From Adineta vaga (taxonomy: Eukaryota > Animalia > Rotifera), in contig CP075492.1 in the NCBI GenBank assembly GCA_021613535.1, positions 2,542,001-2,606,000 of the forward strand: 64,000 nt of DNA. The letters are read 5' to 3'. Each line of letters starts with the position of its first letter. The stretch's first letter is position 1. The notes beneath the pieces are model-generated. The model was not told where the DNA came from and did no database searches. It worked only from the letters and a program-made list of their open reading frames with translations. Of this stretch, positions 12,438 through 24,784 are shown piece by piece. A program made the translations under genes and the position numbers.

Positions 12438-13427
12438 TTAATGACAATGACAAGGTATTTTTTGACTAAATGTTTTCATTAAATTAAATAAAGCTTTTCG
12501 AAAAACAGTTCTGCCACTTAATGTATAAATATAAAATGGCATGCCAGAAGCAATATTCAAAGATAGAAGAAGTACATTAAATATAAAGTTTTCAATAGTA
12601 ATTTGTAATGTTGATTTAACTGTATCTCTAGTTATTGTTGCATAAAGTTTAGATAGAGCTATTGGAAGAGTAAATATAAGAATGAGTAAAATTTGAGCGA
12701 GAAGCATAAATAATAATTGACGATCTGTTTTCTTTTGTTGATTCAAACGTTTGTTGTTATCGATCGATTTGCTTTCACCATGTTGTATACGAGCTTTTGT
12801 TTGACGAATATTTGAGATGATCAATAAACTAAAGATGAACATCAATGATAATGGAAAGAGAATAGTTACGAGAGCAAAGAATATATCTGATATAATTCCA
12901 CAGGTGACTGTTTTTGAATAACATTTAAGTGGTGTATTGGTAAGATTAGCTTCGAAGCAAAAGATCTGTTGGATCTCAATAATAACTGATAGAATAATGA
13001 TGCCAATTGTGCTACGTTGTGCATTTTTTAATGTACTTTTTTGTCGACGATTAACATTGATGTTTGAAGAAAGCCATCGATCAATTGTAGCTAATAAAAT
13101 ATGCCAAAATGCAGTTGTTATTGAAGTGAAATAGATAAAAACACGAAATTTGCAAAGAATTTGATTTGTATCTGTGATATCAGCATTCCAAGTAGATAAA
13201 ATCCGTGGACTAATACCAGAAAGAATACTAATGAGATAAGCAATTGATGAGACGAGAAAAAACCATACACAAGGATTTGAACGAAGAGGTCGTTGTATAA
13301 GAACAAGTGTATTGAGAATATTACCAATAACACCAAAGAATAAGATTAAAAATGCTAAATAACGATTCAATTGAACAGAAATATTATTTAATAACACAAT
13401 GAGATTTGCATCCGATGATGATGACAT
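12438..13427 (-). CDS. Orphan rhodopsin-family GPCR, intronless
   Basis: GVIGNILN, LATIDRW, PFYIYTLSGRTVFR; 7 TM segments. Confidence 0.9.
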   Translation of the reverse strand: MSSSSDANLIVLLNNISVQLNRYLAFLILFFGVIGNILNTLVLIQRPLRSNPCVWFFLVSSIAYLISILSGISPRILSTWNADITDTNQILCKFRVFIYFTSITTAFWHILLATIDRWLSSNINVNRRQKSTLKNAQRSTIGIIILSVIIEIQQIFCFEANLTNTPLKCYSKTVTCGIISDIFFALVTILFPLSLMFIFSLLIISNIRQTKARIQHGESKSIDNNKRLNQQKKTDRQLLFMLLAQILLILIFTLPIALSKLYATITRDTVKSTLQITIENFIFNVLLLSLNIASGMPFYIYTLSGRTVFRKALFNLMKTFSQKIPCHCH

Positions 13428-14591
13428 TTTTCAAACGACTGAATTATATTTGTCAGAAAAGAAAGGATGAAAAAAATCTAAAAAAAGCATTGACGATATG
13501 ACGAGGCATGTTCAACAAACCTTGATGGTGACATATTTTGAATGCGATTGATGCATCCCTCGTACATAATTCCTTGTAATAAATGACATCTATTCGAAAA
13601 TTACATTCGTCATATTAAATTTATTAAGAATAATTTTGCAGCAGCTTACATCCGAAACCATATTATCCCTAGAAGATTTGGAAGAGCACACTGTTCAATA
13701 CAGTTGCTAGAAATATCAAAATGGCAGTGATATCCAACATAATGATTGTATTGAACAAACTATTGAAAGAATCTTAACGATATTCAAGTACAAAATTTAA
13801 TTGAAGTATTCGATGACATTATCTTCAGAAGAAAATATTTTGAAATCTCTTTTATAATCATTGATGAAAAAAATCATTAATAAAAATATCTGTCATATGC
13901 CTATAGGAAATCTCTGATAAGAGGTTTATCATTTTATATTCCTTATAGTGCTTTTTTTAGAAGACACCTAGTACACTACCAACATATCGTACTGATATGT
14001 CATTGTCACATAGATCCTAAAAATAAATCTGCACTGAATATCTTCTGAAAATGATCAACACAAAGAACCGCTCATGTATCTCGCTATTAGGAATTCAGAA
14101 ATAATCACCTGACCAAGAACAGTTTTTATCTTTCATAGATCAGTTCATAATTCCTACTAATTTGAATAGGACGTATCCGTTTAGTTAATTCATCATTGTC
14201 ATATATTGTGACAACGCAAATAAATGAAAACTTTTTGTTGATCTATGGCGCTGTCGAATTTTTATTGCTGCCAGAGATAAACGCTTTTGTTGTGTTCTAG
14301 ATGGTTTATCGAAAGTATTAGTAATCTTAACTCGTCGTGTGGTTTATGGAAATATCTTGCAAGAAAAATATCTATTCCATGACAAGGAAAAAAGAATCGA
14401 ATTAACCCTGTAATATTATTGTTATCCATTTAACATTTTGGGCGTTCAGTGTACTTTAGATAGTTGTTAATAAGAAATAAATTCTTTGCTTGTCTGCTCG
14501 CACAATATAAGTGATTATAATCCAACAGTGAAATGAAAGTATCAAGGATTGTTTTTCATAAAATCAAATTTCTCTAGCAGAACTATGCTCT

Positions 14592-14688
14592 CACCCTCAA
14601 GATGGTTGTATAATATATCAAAACCATCTTAACGGTGTGGGTACTCTATCTATCTAACGTCTACACCCACACCGACATTTTCAAGATG
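14592..14688. repeat. Adjacent GGGTGT palindromic elements
   Basis: caccctcaagatggtt...aaccatcttaacggtgtgggt-actctatctatctaacgtct-acacccacacc...tcaagatg. Confidence 0.7.
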
Positions 14689-15379
14689 TTAGATACATAA
14701 CTGTAACCACACTCTTAGAATTTTTTGATCTAAAGGTAAATTTAAATTTAAAAACATAATTTCTTTGTTTATAATAATCTTTTAAAACAAAATATGCATT
14801 TGACAGTTGCTGTCACAGTTATTTTATCTAAGAAAATGACTGCATTATAGAGAATTTTTCAATTTAGGATATATTAATAACGTTTTAGTTCGACACAGTC
14901 TATGATAATCGATCGATTTGTTAGTTTTATGAGTATTTAAATATTTAATTGCAGATGAATTATTATTATTATTATTTGTAAACAATATGAAATTTTTCTT
15001 TATGTTTGAAATACGATTTTGCCTGTGTGTGTGTTCGTAAAGCATTAGAATTTTATTGGTAGTCTAATGACGTTTTTCATCACGAAAAAAAGAGAAAGAA
15101 AATATGAAAAATTTATTCTTGTGTCATATCAAGATCTGGCCATGACGAGCTTATGATATTAAATAAAATGAAACTTTTTTTCTATGAAGATATAAAGTAC
15201 TTGTTTTTGAAGAAAGTCAAAATATTCCTATTCTTTTTATAAAAATATGTCCTTGTCAAGAATAATTCCTTTGATACTTTGTAGATTTTATTTCTATAAA
15301 ATATCATAATTCCTGAGAAGAAATAGTTTCATCTCTTTCTTGGATTTATTCACACACAGGCTAAAATATTAAAAGGAAA

Positions 15380-16348
15380 ATGAGCAACTTTTCGAATGAA
15401 GTCAATTATCTTTATTTTATCACTGGAATTATTTCAGGATATGGTGGTTCAATACTCTTTATTCTTGGTATAGTCGGAAATTTTATTAATATATTTCTAT
15501 TTTCTTATTTACCTCAATTGAATAAAGGATCAACTCTGATTTTTCTTTTATTTTCATTCATTGCTAGTCAAATATATCTTCTAGTTATTTTATTATCTCA
15601 AATAGTTTATCAATTCACTGGAGTTGATCCACTTTCTATCTATCTTATTCTTTGTAAAATACGATGGTTTATTGGAACTGGTAGTGCAACTGTTGCCTTA
15701 CATTGTTTAAGTTTAGCAGCTTTTAATCAATATCTACTTACATCACGTAACATTCAACGCCATCAATGGATCAATCGACGACGAGCTTTATTCATGTGTT
15801 TATTTGTTATTATATATACAATGGGATTCATTAGTCCAAATTTAGTTTATTACACACATGTAAAAAATGCCATGAATCAAACACAATGTGGTGTAACTGA
15901 TCCAATAGGAAGAACATATGATGTATACAATGGTTTTGTTATATATAGTCTATTACCAATCATTGTTTTATCTACATTTTCATTCCTTACATGGTGGAAT
16001 ATAAAACATAAAATAGCTCGACGTGCAGCAATGGAACGATCATTAACTCGTTTAGTATTTGCACAAATAGCAATGGTTCTTTTAGCATCAATTGGTTTTT
16101 TTATCAGAAGAATTTATTTTCTTTATTATACAAATATTTCAAAGAATTCATTTCAAATAGCTCAAGATAATCTTTTCAATATTATATTCTTAATGATTGG
16201 TCATATTATTCATAGTTTTTCATTCTATACATATTTATTTAGTTCAAAAGCATTTCGTCAAAATATTTTATCTCTCTTTAGGAAAAGACAAAATCGAATT
16301 CAACCTATCGGTGGTATTCGTATGAAAACTATAACTCAAACAATGTAA
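15380..16348 (+). CDS. Orphan rhodopsin-family GPCR, intronless
   Basis: GIVGNFIN, CKIRWF, SFYTYLFSSKAFR; the DRY position reads FNQY. Confidence 0.85.
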   Translation: MSNFSNEVNYLYFITGIISGYGGSILFILGIVGNFINIFLFSYLPQLNKGSTLIFLLFSFIASQIYLLVILLSQIVYQFTGVDPLSIYLILCKIRWFIGTGSATVALHCLSLAAFNQYLLTSRNIQRHQWINRRRALFMCLFVIIYTMGFISPNLVYYTHVKNAMNQTQCGVTDPIGRTYDVYNGFVIYSLLPIIVLSTFSFLTWWNIKHKIARRAAMERSLTRLVFAQIAMVLLASIGFFIRRIYFLYYTNISKNSFQIAQDNLFNIIFLMIGHIIHSFSFYTYLFSSKAFRQNILSLFRKRQNRIQPIGGIRMKTITQTM

Positions 16349-16572
16349 CATCTTAATTAATAACAATACATCTATGTTTAATTAGTTTTCAATGTCGTTT
16401 CGTATGTATTTGAAAAGAAAGAACATAATATCTACTTTTATGTTTCATCCATTGTTATCGTCAGACACAAGTGGATAAGAATAATCATCATATGAACAAT
16501 AAATATTTTATAATATAAAGATACTTTTTCGCTATACGAAAACGATGTGATGTCAACTCAGTAAGTTAATGT

Positions 16573-16620
16573 TAAGGGTATAGGTGTGAGTCAAGCTATA
16601 CTCTTAACCCACACCCTCAA
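16573..16620. repeat. GGGTGT palindromic element, spacer type A
   Basis: agggtataggtgtgag-tcaagctatactctta-acccacaccctcaa. Confidence 0.75.
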
Positions 16621-16699
16621 AAAAAGAAATCATACTATTCGAAAACAATTATAGGTTTGTCAAAAGAATATACAAGAAGATCAAGTATTATAAGTAAAG

Positions 16700-17999
16700 G
16701 ATAATAGATATGAAAGTCTTTCGAACCAATAATATTTGTATGGGTAATTAATTGTTTAATATTGATACAGTTTCGTCGTGTTACTTCTCTTGTCAAATCA
16801 TTTTTATAGCGACTGGCAATTCTTTGTATGAAACTCGTAATCGAGTTAAACTCAGTAAATTAGTTTTATTTTCATTTAAAAATTGTTCAACATAACAAGT
16901 ACCAATACACATAAGTTTTTTTAAATTTGAAAGAAATCCTGAAAAAATGATATGTAACTAACATAGGCGAAGAACAAACAATATTCGGTACTTGTTTTGT
17001 TATTCTATTCATATTTTTATTACTTTCAATACTAATATGATAATCAAATGAATGAAGTTGTTTCATATGTATTGAATATTCATCAATGAATTGATTTTCA
17101 CATTCTATACATAGATATAAGGTTAATTTATTTAAATATAACATTCGACAGAGAAGAGATTGTATTTTGTCATCATAATCTTCTTGAATTAAAGAATAAT
17201 ATATAAATGAAAAATATTTCATGTCAGATAAATCATCCTGCATTGAAAACAAAACAAATAAAATTTAGAATTCTTATTTTACTCAATATAAATAGAAAGT
17301 ATTTACTGAATTATAAACAAGTGATAGATGTGTATTCATAGAACAGATTTCGACAATCAGCAAAAGTCAATATATTAATTGATAAATGAGTAAGAGTTAA
17401 TGAAGAAAAAGTATTTAATGGTAAATGGTATATTGATAAAATTGGATATGGAAAATTTGTTGTTCGAATAATATTTAAATGGTCTAATTTTTGAAAAGAA
17501 TTTAAAATATGTTCATAAACTGTTTTTGTATATATTATTGCTTCTTCTCTTGATTTCATCATACGTTGATTATCTATATTTCGAAGTTTAAGTTTAGTTG
17601 TCTGATTTTTTAGAATACGATATAAATAGATGATTCATCTAAGATGTATTCAAGAACTATCACATTGAAAATTATTAAATTTTAATAGAATTAAATTAGG
17701 ATAATGATTAACAAGACGATAATATGTTCGATTGATAATGAATCAACAATCAAACATTTAACATTAGAACATATTTGAGGTAATATGAAAGTAGAAAATC
17801 GATTAAACATTGTAGTATCATTGCTAATTGTTGTTATATCAAGAATATTTGAAAATATTTCATTTTCTACGATACTTTCAAGTCGTTGATTATTTATACC
17901 AAAGAACGAATAGAGAACATCGATATTGTCAAGTTTATAGAATATACAATATAATATTTCTACTGGAAGATCAACTAGATTAATATTACATTGATACAT
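16700..17999 (-). pseudogene. F-box domain protein, decayed
   Basis: N-terminal LVDLPVEILYCIFYKLDNIDVLYSF. Downstream pieces lie in shifting frames with stops; C-terminal NATRRNCINIKQL-type motif near 16760. Confidence 0.7.
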
Positions 18000-18080
18000 T
18001 TTCTTCGACTGACTCGCACACTTTCGTCAATAAGAACACAATCATATATATATATATATACAGGTGAATCTTTCTACGTG

Positions 18081-18127
18081 AAGGTGGGTGTGGGTGAAGA
18101 GAAGAGTATTAACCATACCCACACCCT
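18081..18127. repeat. GGGTGT palindromic element
   Basis: aaggtgggtgtgggt-gaagagaagagtattaaccat-acccacaccct; related spacer at 55861-55891. Confidence 0.75.
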
Positions 18128-19402
18128 TTTTATTGAATAATCTGATGATTTATTCTAATCGTATTGAATTTTCTCATTACAATACAATACAAAAAGAACA
18201 TTTTTATTTGCAAATTTGCTCAGTGTCAAAATAATATTCGAAAGTTGTTACCAATGTATTATATTTTTAGAATTTAATACGTAAAAAATTAAATCTTGTC
18301 CTTATAGATAAACCAATTGAAGAATATTAAAAGATGCTAAACCAAAAAATCTTACGTAAATGTAAAGAAAGAATAATTCATATTCTAATTATTGATACGA
18401 ATCTTTGTATACTAAATATACTGATTCAAACAGGAAAGAGCATAAAACTCTCAGAATTCTTATGAAATCAACAAGCGATTAATATATTTATATTTGCGTA
18501 TGAAAAATTTTCATAAAAGCCTAATAGCCATATGCAATCGATGAAGCAGACTGGTATGGATATTGTTTTCAATATTCTTTATTTTATTCATCTTGAAAGA
18601 TTTAATGATGCATACACAATAAGAACATCTATATTGTTACCCCAACGGTTTTGATGAATTGATGCACAATAGTCAAATTTGCAACTCTAACAAACACAAT
18701 TAGCATATCGTATTTAATAACATTTCTTTATTCTGAATCGATTTTGTAATCACTTCTCCCTCTCTGTTTGTGTATATATATCTAGAAAAAATATTAGTCT
18801 GTCTGTCGGCGATGCATTCGTTTCTTGATCTAAGCATGTGCTCCGAGTATGTTTTTCTTTTAGTTTTAGTAATCGTAGTAACAACACTAAATTTTCGTAA
18901 AAATACAGTAGACTCAAAACTTTAGAGTTGTGTATAGTTTCTTTTCGATTTCAAGAATTATATTTGAATAGTATGAGAATTAAAATTAGTCTAGCTAAAA
19001 ATTAAGATTATAATTATCAATCAAACTTATAACAGCGCTAGTTTTAGCTCATCCTATGATGCATTTGAAACCAACTCAAACTCGATTCATTCAAGATTTT
19101 CAATGCTTATGGTAGTTGTTCGAATTTTGATATCGATTTGACGAACACTAAGTTGTTCACGAAAAACTCACATAGTTAATGGAGATTTCCTGGGAACTGC
19201 GGGTTTCTCTTTTAGTAGAGTTGTGTCTGTAGTGGGAGCATTTTTATCAGATAAATGAACGTGAATTTCACAAAATACCATTTAAGCGCTTGAAGATACA
19301 CTGATGTATTTTTTCCATAAACATAGAAGTATAGAATAAATATAAAATAACAATGCTAATCGAATCTTTTTAGATAATATAAGAAACAAATTATATCAAA
19401 AT

Positions 19403-19990
19403 ATGTTTCTTAATGCTACTTATCGACCAGTGATTTTCTTTTTGATTTATTTACTTTTCTTGGTCGGATTTGGTCAAATCAGTGCTCAAGACGATGTTAA
19501 AGAACGAGCCACAAATTTTCTTGCTCGTGCTGGTTTAACTATTCCTCCACAAGGCTTAGATGAAGATAAATGGATAACACTTTGCGAAGTGAGAGCTCGT
19601 ATTGCGAATGCCGGAATAAAACCAAAAACAGACACACAAACGTGCACAAAAACGACAGGTGGAGAAATTCTAGAAATGCGTGTCATTCGACGTGAAGAAT
19701 GGAGTTGTTCATGGTCAACTGAATCATATTCTTCTGGTACTTTACTTAACTATCAAAATACACTTGTCGATCAGTATGATTCTGCTATAAAACTGGCTGT
19801 GGAAGCAGGAGATAAAGCAGCAGTTGATTATATGGAGTCGATGAAACGTCAACATAATCAAAATCTACAGGTGGCTACTAACCGAGATGCAGCTAAGCTA
19901 ACAGCAACAGCTACAAGTGCAGCTTGGTGGAAATCAGGTGCCAATTGTGATCTGGTGCTTGAAGGTCGCGTGCGTCGTCTGGTCTATTGA
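19403..19990 (+). CDS. Secreted hypothetical protein (195 aa), intronless
   Basis: Clean ORF, signal peptide (VIFFLIYLLFLVGFGQISA-Q), 4 Cys, AATAAA ~20 bp after the stop, more GC-rich than its flanks. Confidence 0.8.
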   Translation: MFLNATYRPVIFFLIYLLFLVGFGQISAQDDVKERATNFLARAGLTIPPQGLDEDKWITLCEVRARIANAGIKPKTDTQTCTKTTGGEILEMRVIRREEWSCSWSTESYSSGTLLNYQNTLVDQYDSAIKLAVEAGDKAAVDYMESMKRQHNQNLQVATNRDAAKLTATATSAAWWKSGANCDLVLEGRVRRLVY

Positions 19991-20041
19991 TCTCTTTTAT
20001 CATTATCGATTAATAAATTTCTAAAACACTCTTATCTTGCT

Positions 20042-20359
20042 GGTGTGGGTGTGAGTGTGGGTCAAGGTATCTCTTCTTCACCCACGCCCACAACTTCAAT
20101 AAAAAAAGAAATTTCGAATAATTGTTATGAATATAATTCCCTCACCTGAAAGAAAGGATTATAGAGCTTTAAAATCATGGATCTGAAATGCATAACGTTT
20201 CTCTGTCCTAGTCAATTAGAATTCAACATTCAATAAACCATTAAAAACTAATCTTGATCGTGAGAAGAAGTTTAACGGAAGGATAATCGAGACCGATAAA
20301 CTCGAGGGTGTGGATCAGGCTATACTCTTAACCAACACCCACACCCACACCCACACCCT
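20042..20359. repeat. Two GGGTGT palindromic elements (20042-20099; 20301-20359, spacer type A)
   Basis: ggtgtgggtgtgagtgtggg-tcaaggtatctcttctt-cacccacgcccac; ctcgagggtgtgga-tcaggctatactcttaacc-aacacccacacccacacccacaccct. Confidence 0.85.
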
Positions 20360-20637
20360 TCTATACGATAGAGCAATTCACATAGTAAAATGAATTTGTA
20401 TTTAATAATATTTTGTTTAACGAATTTTTGTTGATTTTAATGCCATTCGGTATTGCACGTTTTTTGGTCGATTTGTAAAATAACGAATAAAATATGAATC
20501 ACCAGTTTTTTTTCTTTGCTTCATCGTGCGTCATTTGCTATTGAAAGATAAGCTTATATTTGTCGATATAGTATCCACAAAGTTTTTCGACTACTTAAAA
20601 AGAAAAGTAAAAACACGTTCTTTCTTTTACAATCAAA

Positions 20638-22353
20638 ATGAATTTGGAATTGTTACCCAATGAAATCTTCATTCAATGCTTACAATATCTCAATGCCATC
20701 GATGTTTTTTATTCATTTGATCAACTAAACGATCGTTTCAATGTTCTTATACGATCTATTTCATTATCATTAAATTTCAATAATGTTTATCAACGATTCT
20801 TATGCGATCAGTTTTGTGACAAAATGTTAAAAGATTCGCAAATAAAAGAACAAATTCGTTCATTATATTTATCGAATAAAAATACATGTTATCCAATTCA
20901 TTTATTTCTTTCAAAATTTTCACTTTTAGAATTTCCTTATCTACATTCTCTAACTATGACTCATGTAAATGATAATATTTGGAAACAAATTCAATCAACA
21001 TTACCATTAATGTCTCAACTAACCTTTTTTCGAAATAAAGATAGTTGTCTACAATCCAGTAGCATACCTGACTTACCACTATCACAAATGCAAACATTAA
21101 TGTTAGAAACATTACTATTAGATGCAACTTCTCAAATTCAAAGTTCATCGATTTTACATTTAGCTGTAACTGTATGTACAATGCCGAAATTCTATGAATT
21201 ATTGAATGATCTACCAAAATTAATGTATTTAAAAATAAACCGTGTCATTGATCTCAACGAACCTATGGACATGATATTGATAAATGAATTCTCTACAAAG
21301 AATAACAAAAGCAATCTTACACAATTGCATATTGATTATTTTGAAAGTGAATTTTCTTGTCTTGAAGCAATACTACGACAAACATCAAAATTAAAAAAGT
21401 TAACAATAGGAAATGATATCGATCATACTATGGCTAATGCTCAACGATGGGAAGAATTGATAAGTTCTTCATTACCTCATTTGAATATTTTCAAATTTGA
21501 ATTTCGTTTCTCCGAACAAAGATCTGACAAAATTCTTGAAATATTCAATCAATTTCAAAATGATTTTTGGTGCAAACAACATCATTGGTATACAGATTAT
21601 TTTCTCTTTACAAAATCAAGTTCGATTTATACAATACCATATCCATTTCATACATTCGAATATACAGGAGAGATGAAAGAATCTACTAATAAATCAATTA
21701 AACATGTGAATTCATTTGATAATGTAACAAATTTAACGATTTTTCCTCAAATGTTGATAGAGAATAGTCAGTATTATTTTCCTAATGTTCTTTCATTAAC
21801 TATTGAACAGAAATTTGAATCATGGAATGGAGAATATTATAAAATGACGGATCAAAATGCAAAATGTCTTCTCGAAATGGTTAATTTATCTAACATCAAA
21901 CATTTGACTATCAATGGGATATTATTTGAAAGTTCAACGGTATTAAAAGATATAATAAAAGCAGCATCACGGTTATACTCATTTTATATTCAACCAGATG
22001 TATTATTAAATCATTTCGATGATGTTAAACTATGCAATTATTTAACTAAATTGATTAGGAAATTACATATATTCGATTCTTTTTATGATAATTTAAAAGA
22101 TTTAGAAAAATTCTGTGGAATATTCGGTGATCTCGAAGAACTTTGGTGTGATGCAAATGAATCAAATATTTTATTTTTGATTCAACATTTACGTAACTTG
22201 AGATATTTAGATGTTCATGGTTTTCAAAAGTGTTTTCATGTATCCGAGATAGTAAAAGAAGCACAAATGTTAGGCTTAGACATTACTTGTAATCCCAATG
22301 GAGATGATTTTACTAATTGTTTGTCGATATGGATCAATCGAATATCTTGTTAA
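20638..22353 (+). CDS. F-box domain / LRR-like protein
   Basis: N-terminal LELLPNEIFIQCLQYLNAIDVFYSFDQLNDRFN, LRR-like repeats, ANAQRWEELISSSLPHLNIFKF, IYTIPYPF. Confidence 0.85.
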   Translation: MNLELLPNEIFIQCLQYLNAIDVFYSFDQLNDRFNVLIRSISLSLNFNNVYQRFLCDQFCDKMLKDSQIKEQIRSLYLSNKNTCYPIHLFLSKFSLLEFPYLHSLTMTHVNDNIWKQIQSTLPLMSQLTFFRNKDSCLQSSSIPDLPLSQMQTLMLETLLLDATSQIQSSSILHLAVTVCTMPKFYELLNDLPKLMYLKINRVIDLNEPMDMILINEFSTKNNKSNLTQLHIDYFESEFSCLEAILRQTSKLKKLTIGNDIDHTMANAQRWEELISSSLPHLNIFKFEFRFSEQRSDKILEIFNQFQNDFWCKQHHWYTDYFLFTKSSSIYTIPYPFHTFEYTGEMKESTNKSIKHVNSFDNVTNLTIFPQMLIENSQYYFPNVLSLTIEQKFESWNGEYYKMTDQNAKCLLEMVNLSNIKHLTINGILFESSTVLKDIIKAASRLYSFYIQPDVLLNHFDDVKLCNYLTKLIRKLHIFDSFYDNLKDLEKFCGIFGDLEELWCDANESNILFLIQHLRNLRYLDVHGFQKCFHVSEIVKEAQMLGLDITCNPNGDDFTNCLSIWINRISC

Positions 22354-23600
22354 TCTATGTTGCTTGTATGATTTGACATTTCTTTTTTTAATTATATAAT
22401 AATTTGAATCTATCGCAAAATTTTAATAATCAAATAGAATTCAACGTGAAAGATGGTCTGTATAACTTTTATTTTCAATTATAATAGAGTTTGTGTTCTT
22501 GATCGAGGTTTTGAAATAATATTTAATACGAAATTAGACTAGGAAAACATTTTGTCTTCTTTCTTTTTCCTATTTATAGTGAGATCATTATGGAAACAGA
22601 ATTCAACTATTTGACACCTTTTTTTTTAATATTTAGAATAAAGAATAAAATAGAAAAGAGAATGGAAATGGCGCACAATGAAAAAAGAGATGATTTATAT
22701 TCAAATTGAAACTTTTCCAGTCTAAAATGAAAATGTAATTGAGCATAGAAGAGAATATTGTATTTAGACATTCTATTCTTTAACAAGAAACTTTTTGTTT
22801 TCTTTTGTTACTTCAGATAAGTATTTGAAGAGAAAGCGTTTTGTCAACATCCGTTCGTAAGGAAACAAAAAGTCGGAAAAATTCAATTACTTTTTCTCAA
22901 TCAAATTCCAAAAATTTGCTGTTAGTTTTAGTTCAGATTGTTTAACGAAAGCATACTTTATTCATTTGTCCACTTTATAATCAAAAACTTACCAAAATAA
23001 CGCGCAAGTATCACCTATTTTCCCTAGGGAAGTTCACGAATAGAATGAGATTCTAACAAGATTTACAGCACATCATAGTATTCCTATTCAGACTATTATA
23101 AAATACATCGTTACATGCTGGCAAAGAAAATTCAGTCCAAAGTTGCACGTTCTTTTTTCAAATCAATATAATCATACTCTTCACAAGATTTTATAGAAGA
23201 GTTCGTAGCTTGACGTTAAGGAGCAAGGGTGGTTTCAAAGTAAGACAGAATACATTGTATCGTACAATACTGGAATTAATGTTTTATGTATGCATTTTAT
23301 AGACTCACAGGAGCAATTTTTCGAACAATAAGATATATTTTCTTACGCTTTCATGTTTGCTCTACAACGTGCTATCAATGTTCATTTCAAATTCTGAAAC
23401 AAATACTTATACCGGAAGTGTCGCGTTACGTGGACAAATGCATATACAGATAATTAAGTATACTTACGATGGAAATTAATGCAGAAAATTATTGAAGCTG
23501 CTTTTATGTATATATGGAGCAAGCTTCTTCATGTCTTTATATTCAATAAAGTTGCTTGGTTTTTTTTCAAGTAATGTTAATTTAAATAAATCAACGAACC

Positions 23601-23663
23601 GGATGTGGGAGTGGGGATGTGGATCTATAATTCAAATAATAGTGAAACCCACACCCACACCCT
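23601..23663. repeat. GGGTGT palindromic element
   Basis: ggatgtgggagtggggatgtgg-spacer-acccacacccacaccct. Confidence 0.65.
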
Positions 23664-23829
23664 TTCATCTTAGGAATCCGATGCTTTTCAGGTAGAATTT
23701 GTTGACATAGAAATAAAGAAAATTTGAATGAAAGCATATTGTTTTTCGTGATGTTGAATAACCACACTTTAAAGCACTTTTTAGATATACGTAAATCTAT
23801 CTTGCCCTATTTAGACAAAAACATTCTCG

Positions 23830-24784
23830 ATGTATTACAAAATATATTTGTATAACTTTATCGGTTTTTTCATTGGCATTATTATTGCTCCATGGTTCTT
23901 ATCATATAGCAAGCCACAAAGAATAACAACATCTTCTGAATCTGTTACTACAATGAGACCAGACATAATTGAGTCAAAAACACCTTCATCCGTCAATTTT
24001 TCCATTAATAATGAAAATATAGATCAATTTTACGCCGAATTTTATAAATATTACGAACTGAATAGAGAATGGTTGGTATAATGACATGTTCGTCTATTAT
24101 AATCACTGATCATTATTTATTTCTGATTGTAGGATTAAAAAATCGTATCTTGGAGTGCATTTTTTACAAAATCCAAATGATGCTTTGACAATTGCTGAGA
24201 TACTTCATGATCAAGATATTGATCTGGTTATCGAAACAGGTTCATACCGAGGAGCAGCTGCTCTTTTTTTTGCTTCAGTTATGTATCAATATCGATATAA
24301 TGCAAGTGCAAAGAACATTCGTCCATTCAAAATTATCACTATGGATATAAATCCTGATGCTAAAACTTACATTAATCGATACCCACTTCTCGCTACCTAC
24401 ATCACATTCATTCCACATGCGAGTGTTTCTTCAATAGCAAAATCGATCGTTAATAATACATTTGTCGAAATGAAGCCTGCAAATGTATTCATATCACTTG
24501 ATGGTGATCATTATGCTCAAGCTGTCTATGATGAATTAGTTTACTATCAGAAATTTGTACCAAGTGTTGGTAATTATATTCTTGCTCAAGACACTCGTCT
24601 ATCAAGCAAATGGCACACTCTATATTGTACTGCATCAAAATTCGATGGACCTTGTAATGGACCACAGGAAGGTGTCAATTGGTTTTTAAAGAATGAAGGT
24701 CAAGGACGTTTTATCATAGATCGCAATAAAGAGTATTTATTTAGTACTCATCACAAAGGATGGCTCAAGCATATTGCACATTAG
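23830..24784 (+). CDS. CmcI/cephalosporin hydroxylase-family (rhamnosyl O-methyltransferase-like) SAM-dependent methyltransferase with N-terminal membrane anchor; 2 exons (23830-24071, 24133-24784)
   Basis: YLGVHFLQNPNDALTIAEIL..DLVIETGSYRGAAALFFA, IITMDI, FISLDGDHYAQAVYDEL, GNYILAQDT, STHHKGWLK; the intron restores frame. Confidence 0.8.

Noticed and set aside
13490-14400. Possible decayed coding or transposase sequence
   Set aside because: Too degenerate to assign a family by eye.
18320-18700. Possible Penelope-like RT remnant (YESLYT)
   Set aside because: Single short motif with no other RT motifs recognisable.
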